64,000 nt of DNA, taken from the NCBI RefSeq assembly GCF_009914755.1, contig NC_060931.1. One strand, 5' to 3'. The DNA is from the human T2T-CHM13v2.0 reference genome, Homo sapiens. This document shows positions 12,062 through 24,997 of this stretch, in pieces. The notes under the pieces are model-generated. The model made no database searches, was not told the DNA's origin, and saw only the letters and a list, made by a program, of their open reading frames with translations. Both the position numbers and the translations under genes were made by a program. How positions within the stretch are numbered: the first letter of the stretch is position 1; each line of letters starts with the position of its first letter.

Positions 12062-14479
12062 TAGACAGATTTTTATAAAAAGAGTGTGTGAAACTTTGGC
12101 TACCCCACCTGAAGCCACAGACAAACAGCCTTATATTGGGGCCACTGCATTCCATAATTATTATTGCCATTAGGAATAATTATTATTTGCTTGGTTGAGT
12201 TGGCAGTTTGGAGCCTGCCTGAGACAGAGGCTTCTCAAAGGAGCCACAGAACACAAAGGCCCGACCAATCACCCACAAGTGCTTCAACATGTTTGGACGA
12301 TGTCCTTCTCTTGGTTCATTTCATTGGGTTTCATACCCATTGAGCTTCAAATTGAATGAAAACTGCATCAGATACAAAACCAGCATGAATGAGTGCTGGT
12401 ACTCAGGAAGCTTTTTTGATTGGAGGTCTGAATTCTTGGCTTTTCTCAAGTCTGGAGATGAAAGTTAATTTTTTTCATGACACTGTGTTCCTCTAATTAA
12501 AAATAGAAAAATGAATAACAAGATGGGTCTTCAGTTAGAGGCTAGGTTCGAAACAGTCTGAGAGACAAAGTGCAGAAGAGTGAGGAAACCCCCAGCCAAA
12601 AAGCAGCAAGGCTGTTTAGGAGGCAGAACAGTGACAACTTGAACTTTACTTTTTCCCAATGTGTTTAACCTTCTTGCACACAAACTCCAGATTCCAGATT
12701 TTGTATTATTTCTTCTTTCCTTTGCTGTATCATTTTGAAATAACTGTGCCCGAATATTCCTCCAGCCTTCTTTAGGGATCTCAGAGAAAGTGTGGCCAGG
12801 GGATTTTTTAACCAGCGGAGTGTTCACAACAGAAGCTGCGCCTGGTGAAAAGGCTCACCAAGCCATTAAAGAGAAAAGAGTATGACAAGACATTCTTCCA
12901 GACGTTATTTTTCCCGTAGACTTGGTTGGTTCCTTGCCAAGGCCTGTACCACAGTCACAGGCAGAGGCCTGCGGGTGCTTAAAGAGAATCACAAACGCCC
13001 TCAAGTATGGGTGTCTCTCTCCTCCCCTTTACCTCTTCCTCCCATAGTGGTTGTTTGTAGCTCAAGTGGTTGAATCAGACCCTCAAGAGCTTCCTAAGAA
13101 AGGCTGAATCAGAAGAAAACACCCAACAGCCTCCAGTTATTGTATCAGGCCCGCTACAGTACAGTGAAAGTTAGCTTTGTCTCCACAGGCACCCAAACAA
13201 TCTGTCAAGCATCGCAAAGCCAACTGTGATTTTTAGACAGGGCAGGGAAGACCCGGGTGACCTCACTAGAAGCAAGGGAGGCGCCATGTCTGGGTAATCA
13301 ATGCCCTGTCTGCCTGTCAAGAATGCAGGTGACTTGGTGCACACCTTCTCACAGATGTAGTGCCAGGGTGGGGTGAGAAAGAAGAACCTCCTCTCCCATT
13401 CTAGGCATTGGAAAGATACTTCTTTTGCTATTACCCTTTGCACAAAAGGTTCTTTGGGTGAATGCCCCTGTACGAATAAGAAGTAAATGAAAGTTGCACT
13501 GTAGTGATTTCCGGGGATTTGTGGTCCTGGATATTTATATAGAAAAACTGTTTAGTGGGAAAATATTGCAAAGGGGCATTCCTGTCTGGGTTTTTATAAA
13601 AGGTGACAAAATAGTGCTGTAAAGAAACAGAAATCCCACACTTTCTCAGTAGTATTAAAGCCTGTCCTTAGGTAAAATTTCATGGGAGTATAGAGTTGCT
13701 GCTTTTTCGTTTTTCATTTGTTCTTGGAATTTAGGGGTAGAGAAAGGCCAAGGGAAATGGCCTTCATCAGCAAGGAGTTTAATAAAGACAGAACTTTAAT
13801 TTGTTCATTCTCAATGGTAACCTTCACGGGGAACCACATTTTTACTAAGTCACAGTAGTGTATTGTTTGTATCAGTTCTTAATGAGTTCCATTGTTAACT
13901 TTTACGTCAAAGACCCTGTTGCATCAACTTCTTTTTAGTCTTATGATAGGAAGCTTGTTTTCAAGGTGTTTCCATGAAAAGCATTTGATCCTTCATATTT
14001 CCGTGGTGGATTTCTCTGGAAAGTTGGGAGTTTTCCAAAGTCTAACTGTTATATCAGTTTTTATGGTGATGGGTCTCATTTTTCTTGTAGTATACATTAT
14101 CTTCTCTACTAATTGACTTAATTTTCAGTCCTTATCTCCAGTCAAGAAATGAAAAGAACTTACAAATTTTGTTAATTGTACTGAAATTAGACATGTGGTG
14201 AGTTTTAGAGGAGCGTCCAAACAGAACTGGATTCCATCAGAGCCTTGAGGAAAGTTAGACGGCAGACCCCAAGGGAGAAGAGGGCAGAACACAGGCTGAC
14301 ATATGACAATTCTTGGGAAACTGTTTAAATTTCTTGGGAAAAACAAGATAACTGATGGTTTTTTTAAAATTAAATAAGTAAATAGCAGGCAGATCCCAGA
14401 ACATTGTAATGTGAAATCTAGGTGCCATAATATAAAGATGAATTATTAAAATATGGGCACCTCGAATCCACTAACTTGG

Positions 14480-14669
14480 GCCCAACAGAGCCTGCCCAGG
14501 GGCTGCCAAGCATGAGGGGTGTGGAGATTGGCCAGGTGGGCAGGGCTCCCCATTTCCCAGGTATGTCTTCAACCACAGCAGCTTCACATATGTGAACTTA
14601 GTTGGGTTTCCACATAAGCATTTCTTTGAACAAAGGGCTCTTCAGCAAGAGCATAGTTTGAAAACTACA
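14480..14669 (-). mobile_element. MER112-like hAT-Charlie relic
   Basis: gggcagggctcc...cttcaaccacagcagct...gggtttccacataagcatttctttgaacaaagggctc...tttgaaaactac. Confidence 0.6.
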
Positions 14670-15131
14670 AAATTGGAAGATGCTTTTTTCTCTATGTACC
14701 ACAAACAAGAGGAAAAGTGAATTATTGGGTATGATAAAGCAAGTACCATCTTAAAGATCAATTTCCGGGAGAACCAGTGATGCCATCATCATCATGGAAA
14801 GTGGATGAGATTGGACAGGCAAGCTGTGGCTTCTGAGGTGATAGGTGATTGAGGGGAGAATAAAACATGAAATAACTTCTAGTATTTGGATGCGAGGGAA
14901 GAAAATCATCAGAAGGGAAACATAGAGACTTGATGGGGATCTGTCCATTTCAATCTCTCAGGAAAGGGTAGAACAACAATAACAAAGGAAGTTGTATCAT
15001 TTCAGTCTACCCTTTTAGGCAGGGTACACTTACACATGATTGCAAGAAGGTGCCCACAGCACTGAGCTTCAAGAGGAGCAGAGAGGCAGCATTCATGGGC
15101 AGAGCCGCCTGTGCTTCAGCCTCCACCTTCA

Positions 15132-15436
<305 letters not shown>

Positions 15437-15724
15437 CAGCCTCCACCTTCAACCTGCACACTTCCACTCCACTTTTTAGTTTAGTCTGCCAGGATTTCAC
15501 TGTTATCTTTTCCTCTCTCTTCACAATTTCACCTCTACCACAGTCAAGCCCGAACTCTGCCGGTGGGAATACCTCACGGAACGCAATGATGACTTCCTGA
15601 GGCCTCCTTCTCAGTGCCCAGCCCCTGGGACAGTCCTTTACTTCTTCCTCCTTCACAGGCTCAGAGTGTCCTCATCTCCCAGGCGAGGCCCTGTGGTTTT
15701 CCTCTTTAATTATTGCATGTATGT

Positions 15725-16187
15725 TGTCATGATCTGAATTGTGTCCCCTCAAAAATATGTGTTGAAGTCCTAACCCCTGGCCCCTGCGGATGGGACCTGA
15801 TTTGGAAATAGGGTCTGTAATCAGGTTAAGATGACATTGTGGAGGATTTGGGTGAGTCCTAAATCCAATGAGTGGTGTCCTTATAAGAAGGCCATGTGGA
15901 GACACGGGGACTCAGAGACACACAGGGAGAGTGCCATGTGTCTGCAGAGGCGTATATTGGAGGGACAGAGCTGTAAGCCAAGGAACGCCAGGGATTGCCA
16001 GCCACCACCAGAATCCAGGAGCTGGGCATGGGGCAACTTTCCTTCAGAGCCCTGAGAAAGAACCCCTGCTGCTGACACCTTGATTTCAGACTTCTAACCT
16101 CCAGAACTGTGAAAAAATACATTTCTGTGGCTTTTAAACCACCCAGTTTGTGGTAATTTGTGACTGCAGCCCTAGAAAACGAATACA
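15725..16187 (+). mobile_element. MLT1C-like MaLR solo LTR
   Basis: TG...CA termini (tgtcatgatctgaattgtgtcccc ... gcagccctagaaaacgaataca), about 463 bp; aagccaaggaacgccagggattgcc motif; near-TSD tatgt/tgtgt. Confidence 0.88.
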
Positions 16188-18557
16188 TGTGTCTCCATGT
16201 AATTATGGATCTATCTGCTTTGCCAACGGAATCGTGGTTAAAAAAAAAAAAAACTATCACTCCATTCTCATTTTATTGAACTGTAACAGATGTGGGGGAT
16301 AAATACATTAAGAGAAAAAGCCAACTAAAAATAAAAACAAGACTACTTTCTGGAGAACAGCTATCTTGCTGTTGGGACCTGTTTGGTGAGATGCCCCCAG
16401 TTCTTTGTTCTCCATTTGTACAGAAAGGGAACGAAGAGGCCTGCTCTAGATCAAACAGATCCACAGTGACTATCTTCTATGAAAGATCTTAGTAGAGATG
16501 CATTTTACCTGGGCTGCAAACCTACACTGCCATAAACATCCACTTTGAGGCAAACAAGGGAGTTTTTTCTTTAGCCTCGAATGTTCTGCTCAGTAGTAGT
16601 TGCGGGATTCTGAAGCACACACTTCTTGTTGATTAAGCTGTCTGCCCTATAATTTGCAAAGAATGGAAGATCAGCATTGTAGAGAGGTATGGGGGCTTTT
16701 CAACTCAGCCTTCTAAGATGTTCTTAGCAGCTAATAACATTCCAGCAGCCCTGAACCAACTTCCTGTGTGGACACAGAAGGAAAGGACACCAGGGACTTA
16801 CCTGGGGAAGGAGAGCCCAGGGTGGGCCTTGTTTTTCCGTGTGTGTGTTTGTGTGTTTCTGCAGACACTGAGCTTAATCACTGAGAAATTTCTTTTAGGT
16901 GGTGCCTAATGCATCTCAGCCCCTCAGCCGGAGGGCTAGGGCTCATTTTCGTGACCGATCAGAGTTTTAACTGCTGTGCTCCTAATACATGTTTTTGAAA
17001 AAGGAAGTAGCTTATGTGACAGGACTGTTCTTTTGATCTGTTAACTTTTCCTAATTCTTTTTGAAGCGTCCTCTGCCTTATTCCCTGGCTCTGAGTGATT
17101 TAAAGGCAACGTCCTTGAGTTTATATGCTCCCAGAAACCTAATGCTCCGAGAAATCCAATAAAGCCCCACCACCAGAATTGTTCTGGGGCATGAGGGGGC
17201 AAGAGATGACCACCCAGAGTGAGCCCGCATGGGAGGGTGTTAAAAGCAACTAGACATATTCATTGTCTGAGGCTCTCATTGAGTCAGGATGGGTGCAGGC
17301 TGCAGACACCTGTGCGGTCGGAACTAGGTTAACGATTACTTGAACATTTGAAAATTTAATACTTTCAGTCAGGGAAGTGTATTTACCTTTGAGCATAACA
17401 GATAATAAAGGGCCCCTTTGGCTGCATAACCTCCCTATTTGTTTGAATTCTCCTATCTTTAGAACTTTGCATCTTTTTTTGGATGGAGTGATCCTGGGTT
17501 TTCTGTTTCTCAAGGGCTCATCAAATCACTATGTCATCTTGATTCCCTTACTATTTTTAATAAGCCAGAAAATGGAAGCAATTCTCCCAGTCAGACCACT
17601 GAGTTGGTTTGAAGGGACACCTCCAAAAGCCCATGCTCCTTGTGGTCCTCACTGTCACGGGCCAGAAATCTGTGTGGGCATCTTCCAAACCCATGTTTCT
17701 CTAGAGCCCTGATGAAAGACCCCTCAGTGAGTGTGGTGGCTGCCACGACAGGAGGAGAAGGGGAGGAGGCAGCGAGTTCCCCCAAAGAAGCTCAGAGCTC
17801 TGGGAGGGGCCCAGGGTGTTCTTTTAATCTTTCTAAAATAGGAATTAGCAAAATGATAATAATTGTAAAGAAACTTCCCACAGTTCTACCCCAGTAAAAG
17901 CAATAGGGTACCTGTCCCTGCCAGGCCTCTGGACAGCCCCCTTCCCTCTCCAGCTGAAGTCTGACCTCGGGCTCTTTGCATGGCTTATTCTATTCTTTTG
18001 GAGCTTTCTCACATCCATAAAGAGTAGAGAATTATAAGGGCGAAGAAAAGAGATCAGAGTAAACTTAATCACATTCACCAGCAAGCATTTTCCTGTGGTG
18101 TGATAGAGAGAAGTGGGGAAGCAACATGAATTCCAGACCTCGAAATCATTAAAAAATTCCAAACTAAATACAAAACAAGTTCTAATTTAATAAGCCTTCT
18201 AAAAGTGGTTTGTAAGGAAACTCCAGTAATAATCACATTCTGTCTGGCAGCAACAAGTGAGAAAGAATGGGACGTCCCAGCGTGGCCTCAGGGCATGTTT
18301 GTCCATCCCACAAAACCACCCTTTGGTTTGGCATCACTTTTCCCACCTGGCAAATGCCTGGCTCAGAAGGGCTGCGGACCAGAGTGTCCTGGCAGCATCC
18401 CACAGGGCATTTCTGATGGCAAAAATCCAGACCCAAGGTGGAAAGAGTGGTCCAGCCGTTGCTTCTGGAAGTCTCTTGCTATGTGACCAACCAAGATAAC
18501 ATCAGAACAACTCAAATGTCATTACAAAAGGTGGATTGTTACATTTATGGGATTCTA

Positions 18558-18660
18558 AATCATTCATGTATTTATCTATACTTGGCTTCATTCCAAGAAA
18601 AGGATTTGAGGAGACTCAGAGAAAGTACAGTACAACAAGATTAAAAGCAAGACAAAACAA
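18558..18660 (-). mobile_element. Probable L4 (RTE-X) 3'-end relic
   Basis: tatttatctatacttggcttcattccaagaaaaggatttgaggagact resembles the recalled L4 terminal motif. Confidence 0.4.
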
Positions 18661-20504
18661 TCTACAGAAGAAAGGAAAGTAGTATTAGAGAATTCTGAGA
18701 CTGAAAGACACTGAAATGGTTTGCTGCTAATGACATTTGTCATGATTGCTGGCACCTTTTATGTAAAATCAGCATTGAAATCCACCGATGCAGGGATCAC
18801 ACAGTGGAGCTTGTCTCTGGTACTGCAGTGGGATTTTTCTGGGTACATGCTCAGCCTCACCTCACCATTGATGCTGTGAGTCATCAGTGCGCTGTTTGGG
18901 AACATGTGTTAATGAGCACTGAAAGAGCAGGCCAAAGGTAGCAGGATTCTTCGGGAGTTAAAAAAAATACATTTTGTAAAACTAAGCAGACCATTGTGGA
19001 GGTGGACTGGGCTGGGGGTGGGGGTGGGGGAGGAGAGACTCATATTAAAATCCTGATATAAAGTTCTAAGCAATGAATAAGAGGCTTAAATACATAAAGA
19101 GCAAGGCTAAATTTGGACCAATTTCCTGTGAAATCTCTTGTGTAATATTTTCAATTTGTGCTTGTTTAATGTGGTTTATTTTCCTAAGGTTCACGGTATA
19201 GGTTTTAAATTCAGCCTTGACTACACACATGTGTTGAGAGGTTATAAAACGAGAGCCAGCTCAGACCAGTCTCCAACTGGATGCCCTTTAGTGGAAAACA
19301 TTACCTCCTTTTCAATACCTAAAATGTCTCCATGGGCACAGATTTTGCCCTTTCCCCATCCCATTTCCTGACTGCTTTTCTACCACCTGGTTTTACCAGT
19401 ACTTGTCTAGTTACATTAGTGTACCCAAGTATGCTATGGGGAGCTCTTCACTGCAGATCAGGGGTCCAGGGCTGTTTGGGGCCAACTCTCTGTGCAATAT
19501 CATGTTCTTGACACAAAGGGATAATTCAACCATTTGGGTTAAAATAGAGGAAAGATCTCAGGCTCTCCAGGAGACTCTGATCTGCAGTACAGCATTCTAA
19601 TTTTGGTCTCTTGGTATCCTGGATCACACCATCTTTTGGAGGGGGCCATTTCCTATACGTAGCGGTACTGTTTCTGGTGACTTGAATACAGTATGTAGGA
19701 CCTATATTGTAAAGTCAGATCTTAACAAAACAATATAAGGCCTCTGCTGTTCATGGTACTTACTACATCAGATCCCATGTATTATAGTTACATGGGGTTT
19801 GTTTCCACATAGGTTTTAAGTCTGTAAAGCAGAAATTGTGCTTTATTCATTTCTGAATCTCCTAAACGCCCAGCATGTTATCTAGTACGGAGGAACTATA
19901 TTGGTGTAAGTATGCATACACATATGGGCACAAAGGGTTGAAAGAGACATCACATATGTGCAGCTTCTTAATTTAAACAGCAAGAGATCAATAGGTAAGA
20001 TAAGTAGTTGCAAAACTGTTTTTATCTTCTTCAGTACCTTTCGACAAAATACGCATCCTTCATTCAGCAAATATTTACCAAGGACCTGTTTTTCTCTGGG
20101 GATACACAAGCCTTAGAGCCTTCCAAGTCTAGGTTCCAAAACCATGCAAAACTGTACACAGTTCTAGCTTTCATTTGCAGCTCTGCCTATGACACAATGT
20201 GCGGCGATGTTGAAATCTGGCATCTTCTCCTTGCCCCTGCTGTATTTTCTTACCTATTTTTGGCTTCTGTTTTCTCTCGGCATGAGAATTTTTTTGAGAT
20301 TGTGAATCTGGATTAGAAGTGGTCAAGCAGTTGTTCTCCAAGCCTGTTTTCCCTGGAAGGGACAACATTATTATTGGCCAGTGCTGGCTTTCTTCCCAGC
20401 AACGTAGCTCCTCTCTTCCCACCTGCCCAGCTTTCTAAATAAGTGTGGAGTCAGAAAACGAGCAGCTTAGAAATGTAAGACTCACTCTATGGTCACTTTT
20501 CCTT

Positions 20505-20730
20505 GACATTCTACTTTGAAACATTTCAAACACATAGAAAAGCATGAAGAATTGTATATTCGCCACCTAACATTCTACAATGGCTCTTTGCTATACTTGC
20601 TTTATCATATAGCTGTACATCTATCCATCCATCAGTCTTATTTTTTGATGCATTTCTAAGTAAGTTGCAGACATCAGTAACTTTACTCCTAACCACTTCA
20701 GCATATGTATCATTAATAGAGTTGATATTT
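20505..20730 (-). mobile_element. Ancient L1M (L1ME/L1MC-type) 3' UTR fragment
   Basis: aacatttcaaacacatagaaaag...tttctaagtaagttgcagacatcagta...cacttcagcatatgtatc. Confidence 0.6.
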
Positions 20731-21078
<348 letters not shown>

Positions 21079-21472
21079 TTACAAATAGCGAAATGCATAA
21101 ATCTTGAGTATATTTCTGCCACTTTTCATATAGGATGTGATTTTCCTTTCTAGAGTCTCTTATTATTGAAAGGTAATCATGAAGATGAAAAAAGATTCTG
21201 TAATATCCACGGTTTGTATATTTAGGTAGTGAGTATTCCATTTTTTTCTCTGCATAGGAGTATTTATTCAAGTGAGGAAGGAGCAGGAGAGAAAAGGGCT
21301 GTGTGAAGCTTCCATGTTAAGGGCCTCACTCTTGCAGATAAACTATGTCAGCTCCTCTACTCCCTCTGTATCATCTCCTTTGTCTTAAGTCTTTTGTTGC
21401 TGTGACAATAGGAAAGACATTATATCTGGTGGTATGGGACTCAGCTTTGTCATCATAAAACCCAAACTGAAA

Positions 21473-22130
21473 AAGTCAGGAAACAACAGGTGCTGGAGAG
21501 GATGTGGAGAAATAGGAACACTTTTACACTGTTGGTGGGACTGTAAACTAGTTCAACCATTGTGGAAGACAGTGTGGCGATTCCTCAGGGATCTAGAACT
21601 AGAAATACCATTTGACCCAGCCATCCCATTACTGGGTATATACCCAAAGGACTATAAATCATGCTGCTATAAAGACACATGCACATGTATGTTTATTGCA
21701 GCACTATTCACAACAGCAAAGACTTGGAACCAACCCAAATGTCCAACAATCATAGACTGGATTAAGAAAATGTGGCACATATACACCATGGAATACTATG
21801 CAGCCATAAAAAATGATGAGTTCATGTCCTTTGTAGGGACATGGATGAAGCTGGAAACCATCATTCTCAGCAAACTATAGCAAGGACAAAAAACCAAACA
21901 CCACATGTTCTCACTCATAGGTGGGAATTGAACAATGAGAACACTTGGACACAGGAAGGGGAACATCACACACCAGGGCCTGTTGTGGGGTGGGGGGAGG
22001 GGGGAGGGATAGCATTAGGAGATATACCTAATGTAAATGACGAGTTAATGGGTGCAGCACACGAACATGCCACATGTACACATGTGTAACAAACCTGCAC
22101 GTTGTGCGCATGTACCCTGGAACTTAAAGT

Positions 22131-22157
<27 letters not shown>
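21473..22157 (+). mobile_element. 5'-truncated L1PA (L1PA4-like): ORF2 C-terminus, 3' UTR and (TAA)n tail
   Basis: Encodes KSGNNRCWRGCGEIGTLLHCWWDCKLVQPLWK... (ORF2p Cys-rich end); G-rich 3' UTR tract; 16-bp TSD AAAACCCAAACTGAAA at 21457-21472 and 22158-22173. Confidence 0.96.
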
Positions 22158-22161
<4 letters not shown>

Positions 22162-22173
22162 CCCAAACTGAAA

Positions 22174-22350
22174 TCCAAGTTACTCTGACTTTGGAAAAGT
22201 TATAGTTAATCACTCAGTGCCTCTGTTTCTCTTCCCTAATGTGTTAAAATGAAGATATTGCCCTCCAAGCCTGTGGTGATGATGCCATAAGAACAGATAA
22301 AAATATCTGGCATATAGCAAAAGTCCTCAATGACATTATCATCATCGTTA
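22174..22350 (+). mobile_element. MIR interrupted by the L1PA (5' part at about 21410-21470)
   Basis: ttaatcactcagtgcctctgtttctc...aaaatgaagata...ctggcatatagcaaaagtcctcaatga. Confidence 0.6.
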
Positions 22351-24018
22351 TCACTAACTACCTGCTCAATGTGTGGTTAGGAGTAAGTGTATTTTTGTGT
22401 ATAGTTAATTTAGAAAGACTTTGATGTCTTTCAGATTGCCAAAGTTAATTTTTTGCAAGATCAATGAACTTTTGAGGAAATACTGAAAATGTCCCTGTTC
22501 CCCACTGTTTTAATAAACATGAGCACTGTTTAGTCTCACATAAAATGTCTACTTTTACTCCAAACAGGATGACCAACTGATTTTCCTCACCATGTCTCTA
22601 TCTTGTGTCCCTGGAGTCTTAGCAAGGGAAGAGCAATGGCCAAAGGGCATCATGTTTCCTCTACACAGCTTCTGGGTCTTCCTTTGTAGCTTGAAGTCAC
22701 AGAGTGATTTATTTTTCACCCAAGCATAACGCCATTCCTTCAAGCAGTCGGGCTGAGAGGAGTCCTCTCTAGCTTCTCATGTCCATTGCCCTCCATATTA
22801 AATCAGCCACAGGTTCAATTGATTTTTTTCCCCCTCTGTCCTTCCCAGGCCTCGTGTTTTATGGTGGTTTGCTTAGTACCGTGCTTGTAATACTCAGAAA
22901 ACCTTTGTAGATTTGCTATGTCCTGAGACTATTTCTTAGAAACCTACACGGAGGAAGTTCAGCTCTTCCTGAGAACTAAGCCACAGTTAATTGCTGCTTC
23001 CACCTGCCTTCAGAAACAATAAGGGGAGTCCAGTTTAGGACTGGATGTTAGAAGCTACAGAAGCTCTTCCAGAAGGTGGACAGGGGCTAAGGGAGACTGG
23101 TTGTTAGTGCTATCAGAAGACCAAAAAAGGGACAATCTGAGCCCAAAGCTTTCTTTTGTATTATGTCAGGAAGGGAAGACTATATGGCCTATCTGATTGT
23201 GGGGTGTAGGAAGTGGAGGTAAGTGCCAAATCTGACTATATGCAATGCTAATATAGTACTGGTAATACTATTATATTAGTAATTTCCCAGCACTTTGTGC
23301 TTGGGACTCATAGGCTCTCTGTGTGTGCCAGACACTTGCTAGAACAGCAAGTGAAGAAGCCCTGAGGGGGTATTCTGAGATTTCCAATTGAATTGAATTT
23401 GGATAGTCATAAATTGGATGAAGCTGTAATGCAGAACCCATGGTCATTGGTTCTGAAATTAGAGCTGAAGCAATTCTGATTCCTCAGACCCTTTAAGTTA
23501 GTCTTATCAGATCAGGCCATCACAGAGCAGATAGACAGGTAAGTCTCAGAGACCTCTGAACCCAATTAAAGTTATACCACAAAGAAATCAAACTCATGTG
23601 GTTTGCATTTCAGAGAGCTACATTTGGTGGGCTGTTCCTGTTTTAATTCGGTAACCTAATGCAGGCCATGTGAACATTTGAAACGCTTTTAACAGTTAAA
23701 CCAGCTCAAATAACACAAAACCAGAGCAGCAATAAAGAATGAATTAAAGCTGATTGCAACTGTGGCCAACATAATTTTTGTCTTGCAAAGAACTTTGAGG
23801 GAATAGAATGCAGAAAGAGAGACCGGTATCTCCATTTTCAACTTGGAGTAAAGCAGCAGGCGCTTTTACTTTTTTTATTTCTTAAGCAAATGTTTGAAAC
23901 AGATTAACTTAGAAGGTGTATTTAAATCTTGAAGGGATTTTGGATGAGGGAGCAAGGGGGGGTTGACATCCTTTTGAACTGAGAATATGGTAGTTAGTGG
24001 CTCTACATCACCCCCACG

Positions 24019-24160
24019 CAGCTGGGATGGTTAGCTCAGTGGGCAGAGGCGCAGCACTAAGTTTGCAGAGGTCAAGAGTTCAAACATGCATGGATCAGTT
24101 AGTCTCATATGGAGGAGGTGGAGAAGCAAAACCTGTTCAAGTGCCGTGGCCTGTTCTTCC
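24019..24160 (+). mobile_element. tRNA-headed ancient SINE (MamSINE1-like) 5' region
   Basis: gctgggatggttagctcagtgggcagaggcgcagcactaa...aggtcaagagttcaaac...tggatcagttag; Pol III A box 24032-24042 and B-box-like 24078-24086. Confidence 0.7.
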
Positions 24161-24199
24161 CAAATGTCTACAAAAGGGTCACCAAGAAGTGAGAGGCTG

Positions 24200-24445
24200 A
24201 GATAACAATAGTGATCAGTTGATGTGTTCTATGTGCCAGGCCCTGTATTAGGTGCAGTCAGTGCCAGCACATAATAACCTACTTACCAAATCCCTCTGTG
24301 TCTCCGTTTTCTTATTTGTAAAATAGGGATACTATTATGATTCCTATTTCACAGATGAGGAGACTTCGGCACAGAGAGGTTAAGTTACTTGCCCAAGGTC
24401 ATGTAAATCATAAATGGCAAGACCAGCATTCAAACCCAAGTAGTG
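24200..24445 (-). mobile_element. MIR SINE with an internal opposite-strand MIR piece
   Basis: tatgtgccaggccctgtatta...cctatttcacagatgaggagacttcggcacagagaggttaagttacttgcccaaggtca. Confidence 0.8.
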
Positions 24446-24665
24446 GGGTGTGCATGGCACAACCACAGCATATCGCTCTAGCAGGTCAAACCACTCAAAG
24501 ATAAATCCAGTTGCAGATAATGAGGGCACATGGCATAAGCCTCAACCTGAGTTATTGGTCCCATGCCAAGAAAGAATTAACCATGATGATAACCACACTC
24601 ACACATATCACAGCATGAGGTGTGTGTACCACCATAGCTACTCAATTTGTGTCGGTTGAATCAAG

Positions 24666-24997
24666 TTTTTTTATTTTATTTATTTTTTAAAAGATTTTTA
24701 TTTTATTTTATTTTTGAGACACAGTCTTGCTCTGTTGCTCAGGACGGAGTTCAGTGGCATGATCTCGGCTCACTATAACCTCCACCTCCTGGGTTCAAGC
24801 GGTTCTCCTGCCTCAGCCTCCTGAGTAGGTAGGATTACAAGCATGCGCCACCACGCCTGGCTAATTTTTGTATTTTTAGTGGAGATGGGGTTTTACCATG
24901 TTAGCGAGGCTGGCCTCTAACTCCTGGCCTCAAGTGATCTGCCCACCTCAGCCTCCAAAAGCACTGGGATTACAGGTGTGAGCCACTGTGCCTGGCC
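24666..24997 (-). mobile_element. Full-length AluS (Sz/Sx-like)
   Basis: Long T-rich tail, both arms present, ends ...gagccactgtgcctggcc. Confidence 0.93.

Noticed and set aside
24019-24095. Possible tRNA gene
   Set aside because: No acceptor stem or intact cloverleaf; better explained as a SINE head.
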